Assembly (NCBI GenBank): GCA_002269645.1
Contig: NIVC01001427.1
Span: forward strand, 160,761 to 224,760
DNA: 64,000 bases
Reading direction: 5' to 3'
From: Macrostomum lignano
Taxonomy: Eukaryota
Below are positions 52,907 to 64,000 of the stretch, piece by piece. The notes beneath the pieces were generated by a model, which was not told where the DNA came from, did no database searches, and was given only the letters and a program-made list of their open reading frames with translations. Position 1 is the first letter of the stretch. Each line of letters opens with the position of its first letter. The translations under genes were made by a program, and so were the position numbers.

Positions 52907-54834
52907 TCACGTGAACAGATCGTCAAACAGACGGTCAGCCTGGGAGGCGCTGTCGCCAGCATTAGAGGCCTGCCCCTGAAATCCGACACGACCTCCCCGA
53001 CCGGTGGACTTCGCCTTCCGCCGCGACTCGCCGATTCCGTCATTGGCGTCGTCCTCGGCCTCCAGCAAGTCGAAGACGCTGCCGTGGCCGCCGCCGTCGC
53101 TGCCACTGCCGGCAATCTTTCTGGTGTCATCGGTGCTGACGGAGCCGCCGCTGATGCCGCCGCCGCTGTCGCGGGCAACAAGCCGAGTGATGAGCGGCGA
53201 TCTGGCGGCCGACGAGCCCGACGCCTGCTGGCTGACCGACCGAGCAGCAGCCGACTTGGCAACGAAGCGCTTGAAGTTCGGAACCACCCGGCCGCGCCAC
53301 ACGGCCTGGTTGGGCCCAGCGGGGGAGGCGGCGGGCTGCGGCGTTAGCGGCTTCGGCTTGGCGGAGATCAGCGACCGCTTGTTGACGCGCATGTAGCGCG
53401 GCTCCTCGGCGGCCAGGGGGAAATCGCTGAGGGTCAGCTCGGCGGCAGGTGGCTTGCGCAGCGACTGCTTGTCTGGCGGCGCTGGACCGATGTTTGTCTT
53501 CACCTCGGATAGTGGCGCCAGCAGTGGCGCCGGCTTTGGCGCCGGCTGCTCCGGCGAGTCGGCGGCTGTTTTGCTGAAGTACTGCAGCATGCTGGCCTGC
53601 CGCTTGGCCTGCGGAGCAGCGGCGTCCGACGGTTCGCCTTTGCGCCGCCGGCTGCCGGCCAGGCCGACCGACTCGTTGGCTGGCTTCTTCACCGGTGACG
53701 GCGACTGGCTGCACAGGCGCTTCGGTGCCGGCCTCGGGGCCGCCGGTTCCACAGCGGGGCTGCTGCCATCGTCCGCGAATAGCGACAGAATGCCGCGGCC
53801 AGCGACTCCGCTTTCGGTTCCGCTTCCGGCTTCGTTTTTGACTTCCCCTTTGTCGCAGCCGTCGGCCGCACTGGCCGATGCCGACGGAGCTTCGGACAGT
53901 CGTGGCCGGCGCCTGTCCGGCTGGACGCATTCGGCGTCGACCTCGCCAGCAATAGCTATGGAAGAACGCTTGCGCGGTTGCTGCTGTGGCTGCTGCTGCT
54001 GCTCGGAGGCCTGGGTGGAGGTGTCCAGCAGGCTGGGGTCGCAGGGGGCGCACGGGTTGCAGACCAGGTCGGTGCGGCAGGCCAGCACGGCCCAGCAGAT
54101 CTCCAGCTCTAGCACTGGCCGGCGGCTCGCAGACCTCAGGAGGCTGAAGACCCGCCCGGTCCAGTCCGAGTCCGCGGGGCCCGCCGAGGCCGACCGGACA
54201 ACCAGGACGGTGTCATCCGCCAAATCGGCCAGCTGCAGGCCGACGGCGAGCAGCGCTGACTCCGAGTGGGCGGCCAAGGCGACTCCTCCGGCCGCCTGGA
54301 CGATGTCGCCGAACCGGCCGAGGCCGTCCGGACGAAGGAAACAGCAGCGCCGGCCGGACAGCAGGCGGCGTCGCTCTGGCTGGGGTCCAAAGTCGACGCT
54401 GTCGGCCAGCGGGCCGGACAGCAGGGCGGCCTCGGACACGGCCGGCCGAAATCGCTCGGGAAGTGGGGGCGGTTGGCCGGCCTGGACAGCCGCGGCCAGG
54501 CGGGTGAGAAAATCGGGCAGCACGGGAGCGGCCAGGTGCAGCAGGCCGAGCACCAGCTTGGCCGTCACGGTCAGCCGCGGCATCACCAGCAGGTCGGCGC
54601 CGTCTCTGGCGTCGTCCACCACCCGGCCGCCGAGCCGCTGCAGCGTCGTGGTGGCCGTCTGCCGGCTGGCCTCGCTTAGCGCTGAGAAGCAGACTCGGAG
54701 GCCTTGGCGCCTGAGGCGGCAGACCGCGCCCAGGCTAGGGTCCGAGTCCCCGAATTCCAGCTGATCGCCCGGCCTGGCGGGAAAGTGGCGAATGCGGCGA
54801 AATCAATGACAGACAGACAGACAGACAGACAGTC

Positions 54835-54879
<45 letters not shown>

Positions 54880-54884
54880 CCCGA

Positions 54885-54981
<97 letters not shown>

Positions 54982-54999
54982 AAGACAGACAGACAGACC

Positions 55000-55035
<36 letters not shown>

Positions 55036-55040
55036 CCCGA

Positions 55041-55115
<75 letters not shown>

Positions 55116-56328
55116 GCCGGACAGACAGCAGCTGTAACAGACAGACAGCCAGACAGACAGACAGACAGCCGGACAGACAGCAGCTGTGACAGACAGACAT
55201 CCAGACAGACAGACAGACAGACAGCCGGACAGACAGCAGCTGTGACAGACAGACAGACAGACAGCCAGACAGGCAGGCAGACAGCCGGACAGACAGACAG
55301 CCGGACAGACAGCAGCTGAGACAGACAGACAGCAGCTGAGACAGACAGACAGCCAGACAGGCAGGCAGACAGCAGCTGAGACAGACAGACAGCCAGACAG
55401 CCAGACAGACGGACAGACAGCCAGACAGCCGGACAGACAGCAGCTGTAACAGACAGACAGCCAGACAGACAGACAGACAGCCGGACAGACAGCAGCTGTG
55501 ACAGACAGACAGACAGACAGCCAGACAGGCAGGCAGACAGCCGGACAGACAAACAGCCGGACAGACAGACAGCCGGACAGACAGCAGCTGAGACAGACAG
55601 ACAGCCAGACAGCCAGACAGACGGACAGACAGCCAGACAGACAGACAGACAGACAGACAGCCGGACAGACAGCAGCTGAGACAGACAGACAGCAGCTGAG
55701 ACAGACAGACAGCCAGACAGGCAGGCAGACAGCAGCTGAGACAGACAGACAGCCAGACAGCCAGACAGACGGACAGACAGCCAGACAGCCGGACAGACAG
55801 CAGCTGTAACAGACAGACAGCCAGACAGACAGACAGACAGCCAGACAGACAGCAGCTGTAACAGACAGACAGACAGCCAGACAGGCAGGCAGACAGCCGG
55901 ACAGACAGACAGCCGGACAGACAGACAGCCGGACAGACAGCAGCTGAGACAGACAGACAGCCAGACAGCCAGACAGACGGACAGACAGCCAGACAGACAG
56001 ACAGGCAGACAGCCGGACAAACAGCAGCTGAGACAGACCCATAAAACAGTTCACAGACTTACCGAACGGTGACCCCGGCGGGCCCGGCAGGCGCGGCATC
56101 GCAGCCGTTGACGCGGGTGCCGTACCGGGAGGCCAGGTCAGCCAGTATGAGCAAGCCCGGCTCCGGGCCCGGCCGGAGCTCGGCGTGCACCCGGCTGACG
56201 GACTTGCAGTCCAGGTGCAGCTGCACTTTGCTCTTCAGGCGGCCGATATGGGCCCGGCTACCCGGCTGGTCCATGGGCGGCAGGTAGAGGCACCGGTCCG
56301 ACTCCTGCAGTTCCAGGTACCACAGCAT
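52907..56328 (-). CDS. NBN: Nibrin (NBS1): FHA - BRCT - BRCT - MRE11/ATM-binding tail
   Basis: Exons 56063-56328 and 52907-54773. FHA IGR..KSVSRVHAEL..DLASRYGTRVN..GDQLEFG; BRCT CFSAL..LQRLGG..LVMPRLTVTAKLVLGL; LLSGRRCCFL..DIVQAAGG; PNFKRF; ADRLFDDLF. Confidence 0.88.
54808..56038. repeat. (GACA)n microsatellite with higher-order variants
   Basis: Fills the NBS1 intron. Confidence 0.97.
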
Positions 56329-56481
56329 GGCCGGTGGAATGCTGAAGAGTGTGGCAGGTTGCTTCAAGTTAGTGCGGAGGACTACCATTGGCTAAACCGA
56401 TGGGCACAGCATCCGGGGATTAAAAGATGAAGGACGGGTGGCCGAATCAGATTGAAATATGCAGATTTTAGAGAAAGGGAT

Positions 56482-57385
<904 letters not shown>

Positions 57386-57799
57386 ATCTATCCAATAAAA
57401 GAACCAAAGCTTCGCACGCACATTTCTTATCAATTAAAAATCGCTGAACAGCTGTCAGTTTATTAGCATAAAATTTGGCGTAAAATGCGACACCCAATTA
57501 ATACAAACGGATTAGCAGAGACAAAGCACAAAGACACACGAGTTGCCCATAGAAATTTGATTTTAAAATTGTATACAAACTTGTCATTCGATTTGTAAAT
57601 GTGAATTTAATACGAAAAATGCGATTAGTTAAGAAATATTAATTGTTAATTGCAAATATTTTATGTAGGATACGGATGATATACTAGTAAAATGATTCCG
57701 GTAATGCTCGCATGCCATACTCAATACTGTGAGTAGAAAGCCAGGATTTTTTTAGTCTGGCTGAAAAGAGGATTTTGGAATTGAGATATCGGGATCTCA

Positions 57800-57995
57800 T
57801 AGTCAAACTGGGATCCCATGATCAGACTGAGATCTCATGATCAGACTGGGATCTCATGGTCAGACTGGGATATCATGGTCAGACTGGGTCTGGGATCTCA
57901 TGGTCAGACTGGGATCTCATGATCAGACTGGGATCTCATGGTCAGACTGGGATCTCATGGTCAGACTAGGATCTCATGATCATACTGGGATCTCA
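57800..57995. repeat. Minisatellite, about 20-bp unit (CTGGGATCTCATGRTCAGAC)
   Basis: Tandem repeats. Confidence 0.85.
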
Positions 57996-58073
57996 TGGTA
58001 CCTGGATTTACAGGAGTTGGGATCTGGGATCATCCCACAGTCTATTTACTGTTAACCTTGTCAGCGGAAATCG

Positions 58074-59576
58074 CTACACCTGGGTGGTGAGCAGCCGCAG
58101 CAGGTGCTCCTCAATAGCCAGCTGGGCCTGCCGGGCCCCTTCCTGGTGCACAGGGCGTAGGCGTTGAGCCGGTCGGCATTCTCAGCGTAGAGATCCGCGC
58201 CCCAGCGCAGCAGCTTAGCCACGCAGTCGGAGTGGTTGTTGTAGGCGGAGTACATCAGGGCGGTGTTGTACAGCTCGTCGCTCTGATTCACATCGGCGCC
58301 AGCTCGCAGCAGGTGCTCAACAATGTCCGCATGGCCGTAGCAGGCAGCCAGCAGCAGGCCGCTCTCGCCATTGTCGGCTGTGAGGTTCAATGAGGCGCCT
58401 TTGTACAGCAGCAGCTCCACGGTTGGCGTCTGGCCGTTGGCACAGGCCCAGAGCAGCGGGCTGAAGCCTTTTTGGTCCTGCTGGTCCAGGTCCAGGCCGG
58501 GCCGGTTCATGCGCTCCTGCGATAATCACAATATTTGAAGGGATTGTGAAGGGATAATTGGAGGGATTGTGAAGGGATAGCTGGGGATTGTAAAGGGATA
58601 ACTGGTGGATTGGGAAGAGATAATTGAAGGGATTGCGAAGGGATAACTGGTGGATTGCGAAGGGATAATTAAAAGGATTGTGGAGGGATTGTGAAGGGAT
58701 AATTGAAGGGATTGTGAAGGGATTGTGAAGGGATAATTGAAGGGATTGTGAAGGGATAATTGAAGGTATTGTGAAGGGATAATTGAAGGGATTGTGAAGG
58801 GATAATTGAAGGGATTTTGAAGGGATAATTGAAGGGATTGTGAAGGGATATTTGAAGGTATTGTGAAGGGATAATTGAAGGTATTGTGAAGGGATAATTG
58901 AAGGGATTGTGAAGGGATAATTGAAGGGATTGTGAAGGGATAATTGAAGGGATTGTGAAGGGATAATTGAAGGTATTGTGAAGGTATGAGGGAACAGACT
59001 GAGAATGAAACAATTGAGCAGGTTGTGGAGAGAATAGTGGATCATTGTGGAGAAAAATGGAAGGGAAAGATTGCGACAGGCCGCCAAAAAGGTTAAAATT
59101 AGACTCCTCAAAGGCAGGCAGACTCACCTGCAGCAGGTTGAGCTCGCCCTGGGCAGCCAGCTGGTGAAGCGTGAGCTCCCTGACTTCAAACTGGGCGGTG
59201 GTCTGGATATTCCGGCGCTGCACGTTGGTCAGCACTGTGCTGATCTTGTTTGGCGACCGGCCCTTCTGCGGCGGCTGCTGCTGCTGCTGCGCCTGGGAAA
59301 CTGGCTGATGAGGCAGTGGCGGAGTCTGCTGCGTCTGCAGCTGCTGCTGATGGTGCGGCGGTTGCATCATGCCGAAGTGAAACACGGGCCCCATTGATGC
59401 AGCAGGGAGCTGTGAGCTGCCTTTGTGCCACCGCCACCACCGCCCATGAGCTGCTGCTGTTGAAGGCGGTGGGCAGCCGCTGCAGCCGCCATCTGATGCT
59501 GCTGCTGCTGCTGGTAGGCAGCCGAGATCGAGTGGTGCTGCGAGTGCGGCTGCTGCAACAGCACGGGATCAGGCAT
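58074..59576 (-). CDS. ANKRA2: Ankyrin repeat family A protein (ANKRA2/RFXANK-like); two single-base frameshifts as assembled
   Basis: Exons 59128-59576 and 58074-58516. STVLTNVQRRN...LTLHQLAAQGEL, GFSPLLWACANGQ, GESGLLLAAC.GHADIV.HLL..GADVNQ.D...NTALMYSAYNNH. Adding one base at about 59395 (AA run) and about 58137 (C4 run) restores the frame and the C-terminus AIEEHLLRLL. Confidence 0.85.
58535..58985. repeat. Intronic minisatellite, 23-bp unit (GAAGGGATAATTGAAGGGATTGT)
   Basis: ANKRA2 intron. Confidence 0.93.
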
Positions 59577-59609
59577 AGGGCTGCGGCTCTTCCTCATTAC
59601 TCGCTCAAG

Positions 59610-60022
59610 AGTTCCGATCCCAACTTCATATCCTCACTCGAGAGTCCTGATCCCAACCCCAGATCCTCACTCAAGAGTCCCGATCCCAACTTCATATCCT
59701 CACTCGAGAGTCCCGATCCCAACTTCATATCCTCACTCAAGAGTCCCGATCCCAATCCCAGATCCTCACTCAAGAGTCCCGATCCCAACCCCAGATCCTC
59801 ACTCGAGAGTCCTGATCCCAACCCCAGATCCTCACTCGAGAGTCCCGATCCCAACCCCAGATCCTCACTCAAGAGTCCCGATCCCAATCCCAGATCCTCA
59901 CTCGAGAGTCCCGATCCCAACCCCAGATCCTCACTCGAGAGTCCTGATCCCAACCCCAGATCCTCACTCAAGAGTCCCGATCCCAATCCCAGATCCTCAC
60001 TCAAGAGTCCCAATCCCAACCT
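59610..60022. repeat. Minisatellite, 33-bp unit (GATCCCAACCCCAGATCCTCACTCGAGAGTCCC)
   Basis: Tandem repeats just upstream of ANKRA2. Confidence 0.93.
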
Positions 60023-60454
60023 CGGATCAATAGTATAACCTGAATCTCGACCTTAAATTCTTACTTAAGTCAGGATCCAATCAAATTGCACTAGCAACAC
60101 AATAATAATTTTAATCCAGTTATTAATCAACAGAAATCAGGTAAATAAAGCACAGAACCGATTACGCGCACAAAACAGAAACCGAATGACAGGATCAGAA
60201 ACTTATTGTCACCCGCGCCAAATACCGAACAGCAGGGCTTGGCGGGGTGAGGAATTTCGATAAACAGAAGAAGCCACCAAACACTGAAAGCGATAAATAA
60301 ATTTCTAAACAGAGCAGACAGTTGACAGCCAATTAGCTGCAAAAAAACAACTCTAAAACAACAAATACGAAATGAAAAAGTAAGACAGGTAGATGGGATT
60401 CGAGCGATTAATTATGAGAGGCAAAAGTAGGACCATCAAAAAACAAGAAGGGAA

Positions 60455-60805
60455 GTCAGTGAAGGGATGATTGCAGGGTCAGTGAAGGGATGATTGAAGG
60501 GTCAGTGAAGTGATGATTGAAGGGTCAGTGAAGTGATGATTGCAGGGTCAGTGAAGGGATGATTGAATGGTCAGTGAAGTGATGATTGCAGGGTCAGTGA
60601 AGGGATGATTGCAGGGTCAGTGAAGGGATGATTGAAGGGTCAGTGAAGTGATGATTGAAGGGTCAGTGAAGTGATGATTGAAGGGTCAGTGAAGTGATGA
60701 TTGCAGGGTCAGTGAAGTGATGATTGAAGGGTCAGTGAAGTGATGATTGCAGGGTCAGTGAAGGGATGATTGAAGGGTCAGTGAAGTGATGATTGAAGGT
60801 CAGTG
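60455..60805. repeat. Minisatellite, 23-bp unit (GGGTCAGTGAAGTGATGATTGCA)
   Basis: Tandem repeats downstream of SPCS1. Confidence 0.93.
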
Positions 60806-60944
60806 AATGCACCGATGGGGTCAGTGCAGGGAGAGAAACAGCTGACTGTAACACACTGGAGAAAGGCTATTACAGATTGCACTATTGTGCCGCATTGAAA
60901 TTTGCTCCAAGCAAAGTTCTCCCCGGAGGCATCAGGCCAGGCTT

Positions 60945-61271
60945 TCACTTGTCCTTCTTGTTCTGCTTCCGGCCCTGCTGCTTGCTGCCGGTTTCAGCCT
61001 CGCCAGTGGCCGCAGCGGGCCGCACCGGCTGCCAGTGCAGCTGACTACGCCGGTACATGGGCCAGGGCGGCAGGGTGAGCAGGGCGGACAGGGCAAAGCC
61101 GGCGGCGAGGATGAGCACAGTCTGCGAGAACTGCTGGCAGATGTAGCCCCAGGCTAACCCAGCCACGCCAAATATTGCCAGTACAAACTGGAAGGTGCGC
61201 TCGGCCCTGCGCTGGCCCTCGAAGTCCATGTGGGTGGGGATGCGGCTGGTCAGGTCAGTGAGAAACTTCAT
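60945..61271 (-). CDS. SPCS1: Signal peptidase complex subunit 1 (SPC12)
   Basis: HMDFEGQRRAE, GLAWGYICQQFSQTV, LLTLPPWPMYRR..L.W; two hydrophobic segments; intronless. Confidence 0.95.
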   Translation of the reverse strand: MKFLTDLTSRIPTHMDFEGQRRAERTFQFVLAIFGVAGLAWGYICQQFSQTVLILAAGFALSALLTLPPWPMYRRSQLHWQPVRPAAATGEAETGSKQQGRKQNKKDK

Positions 61272-64000
61272 TGTTGAGGCTTGGTGAGGGGACGCTCAGC
61301 GCTGCAATATTGGATGCCGCATGGTAACAAGCATGAAGTGCGCCAAGTGGTTTGGACCTCAAAGAACTCGCATACACATAGCACAAGACTAGGCTGAACT
61401 GCATATTAAACCCTTATAAACTATTTTGCCTCCCTCTAAGGCACCAAGTATGCCTAGCAATGAAAGTCAAAAGGCTAATTATCTAGTATATTAAAAACAT
61501 AAAGGTTTTGTCACATTGTCAAAAGGTATTAACTATTTTTATTAGGATTATATATAAATATTAATTTATTTGTAGAATTTTCTAAAAAGACAATTTTTGT
61601 GTCAATTATATTCTAGTTTTTAAGTCCAAAAATAATTAGTTATCAATATCTATTTATCTATTTCAAAAATTTCTATATTTATAAAAATATATATATTTCA
61701 ATACAATAATACCCATTGATGGCATACTTTATTATCTTTATTAAATTCCTTTGCAAAATGCTTTGCATAAAAGTTTGTCATTAAAAATGCTTTATAATTT
61801 AGGCCTAGCATATAATAAAAAACCAAGATTTCTTCATGAAACATTGTCTTTATAATAACCATTTCTAATTCTTTATATATAACTAAGAAAGGAAATTTTG
61901 TTTTTAAAGGAATATTGTCAATAAAAATTACTTACTCCAATATTAAACATTTGATAAAACTCTATGGCATTCTTATACTACCTTTAGGAATAAATAACTT
62001 GATCTTAAAAATATAAGATAATTAATCAAGCCATATCTAAAAAACATGAGGATTCCACATATATGGACATATAAAATATGGAGGTTTTAGATAGGGAGAT
62101 GCTTTAATGGGGATTGATTTTTTATAAACTTAATAGAGACAGGCATCTATTAAAAATTAAGTATATAAATTTCTAGACCTTGGGGATAGGGTAGATGACT
62201 AAGAGGTCAAGAATTGGACCATGAGAAATAAAGGATTTTAAGATAGAGAAATACTTTATATAGATTAATTTTATACATCTAAACTTTAGCAAATGGATTG
62301 GGATTTGTTAAAAATTATGTAGCCTTATATAAAATATATAAATGTTTAGACCTTTAAGAATATAAGATAAAAGGCTAGCTTAGAACATAAATGAATTTTT
62401 AGAATATTACTCACTATGTTATTTTTCACTATACCTTATTGTACCATGGTTATAGATCTTTAATTTGTTATAGTTAAGCCTGAACTTATGCTATTTATAG
62501 ATATTTTTATACTATAGCTAGCTTTTTAAGCTGTCTTTTTACTAGCTTGCAACTTTTACAAATTAACCAGGTGCAAAAACTATATTCTATACTACTATTA
62601 CTACAATATAGTATACTTTTATATACTTTTAGCTATTTTTTATTCTTTTTAAAGTTTTAAAAAAAGTTTTTAAAAAGAAAATTGGAAATATTATATACAC
62701 CTAAGGTTTAGGAAGTACTAACAGATAGTAAAATATAAAACAAAATTATACATATAAATAAATACAATTACAAACGACCATAGATTATGATGATATTAAT
62801 TAAGGCCTAGTAAAAATTGTTTTACTAATCTAATCATCAAAAGGACTAAAATTGTCTATATAATACCAAACAGTCTAAGTTTTTATTAGAGAAATTTAAT
62901 TTGAGAGCAAAAAAACACTTAAGTAGGGCTTATTATTAAGAGATATACTATTTACTTTACTAGGCCTAAGAAACAAATTTAAATTTTCTTTTAAAAAATA
63001 TCTTGAGAAAGTTCAATGTAACGGTTCAGTGCTAGCTATGCCTATAGAGACAAAAGTCTCACAAATGCAATAATTTTACACGCCTAAATTTAATCATAAA
63101 ACACAAATACTAGACTGCAAACACTAGTCCTATTACAATAAAAAGAAAATGACTTGTCTCATTGCTAATTTGCCTTAATTTTGGCAAAAGAAACTCTAAG
63201 TCTAGTATTGCCTATCAGGGGCAAATTATTTAAAAAAATCTATTTTCTGATTACTAGGCCTAGCTAGACACAGACTCGAGGCCTCGAGCTAGATATCAAA
63301 ATGGAAAAAGTAGAATAGTTAGCTAGGCCTAGCTATCCCCTATGCTGATATACTAAACTAAGCCTGTAAAAACTAAAAAATTGAAATCCGAAAATGGATA
63401 ATTGTATATTTGGCCAGAACTGAAAATAACCTTTGTCTTCCGGGCATCAAACAAACCCATCGATCCAACCCGCCCGTCTATAGTTAGCAAGCATACCCGA
63501 ATTTGGGATTTTGTTAAATTCGTAGAACGTGTTATAATTCAAATGTGGTTTTTGCTAGCAAATTAAAACTAAACATTGCTTTTTCTATTATAACTACCTT
63601 GAATTTTTTTTTCTAATGTAAATAAAAAAATAAAAACTAAAAATTGGTTTACTTTCACTTTGAAATCTATTTTTATTATTCTACTCTTTGAGCTTTCGAT
63701 ATTTATAAAACATATATTTAAAATTCTGAAGTCGTCTGGAATTCTTTCGCTTTTTAGTATTAAATGCACTCATTGATTAATTATTAGTTTTTTTTCAACA
63801 ATCTTAAAAGCCCGTCTTTTAATTAAAAGATGTCATTTCATTTTGGTTTCAATCCAAATCGCTTTGAAACTTCAACTGTTTGTTCAGTTTTATATTCAGC
63901 TGCAAGAATTATCATCTGTTATAGTTATAGCCAGAAGCCAGACCCAGCCAGATCCACAATGTATGATTTTACTTGCTTAAAATAGGGTTGGACCCTGTCG

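Noticed and set aside
63400-63769. Possible AT-rich minus-strand exons (ERIPDDFRILNICF.., QKPHLNYNTF..)
   Set aside because: No family recognised, and one required intron would be only 19 nt.

Overview
Eukaryotic (metazoan) genomic DNA, not prokaryotic: GT-AG spliced genes with GC-rich exons, and almost every large intron or intergenic gap holds its own minisatellite. This style, plus a near-copy of what I recall as the Macrostomum spliced leader at 9593-9642, suggests the flatworm Macrostomum (inference). Genes I can support: a 4-coumarate-CoA-ligase/luciferase-like acyl-CoA synthetase (cut by the window edge), two copies of an unannotated 45-aa secreted peptide gene, a PAN+C-type-lectin gene, a disrupted PAN+ALK/LTK-type glycine-rich gene, PRXL2C/AAED1-like, CHMP4/Snf7, a decayed Cys-loop receptor, two convergent Cys-rich caveolins, a nucleoredoxin-like thioredoxin, and a tight minus-strand run SPCS1 > ANKRA2/RFXANK > NBS1 > DDX54. 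Mobile DNA: an RNase-H-containing LOA/R1-type LINE, a 5'-truncated relative with a 13-bp TSD, a tRNA-derived SINE sharing their 3' motif, a MITE, and two inverted copies of a composite satellite-carrying element. Best leads: DDX54 has no genomic ATG and its first acceptor is in phase to take the AUG of a flatworm spliced leader inside a candidate operon; the duplicated micro-peptide gene; the SINE/LINE shared structured 3' end; splice-site decoy minisatellites; and sharply CpG-depleted domains that split single genes. All exon models and counts were made by eye. Several single-base frameshifts may be assembly errors.
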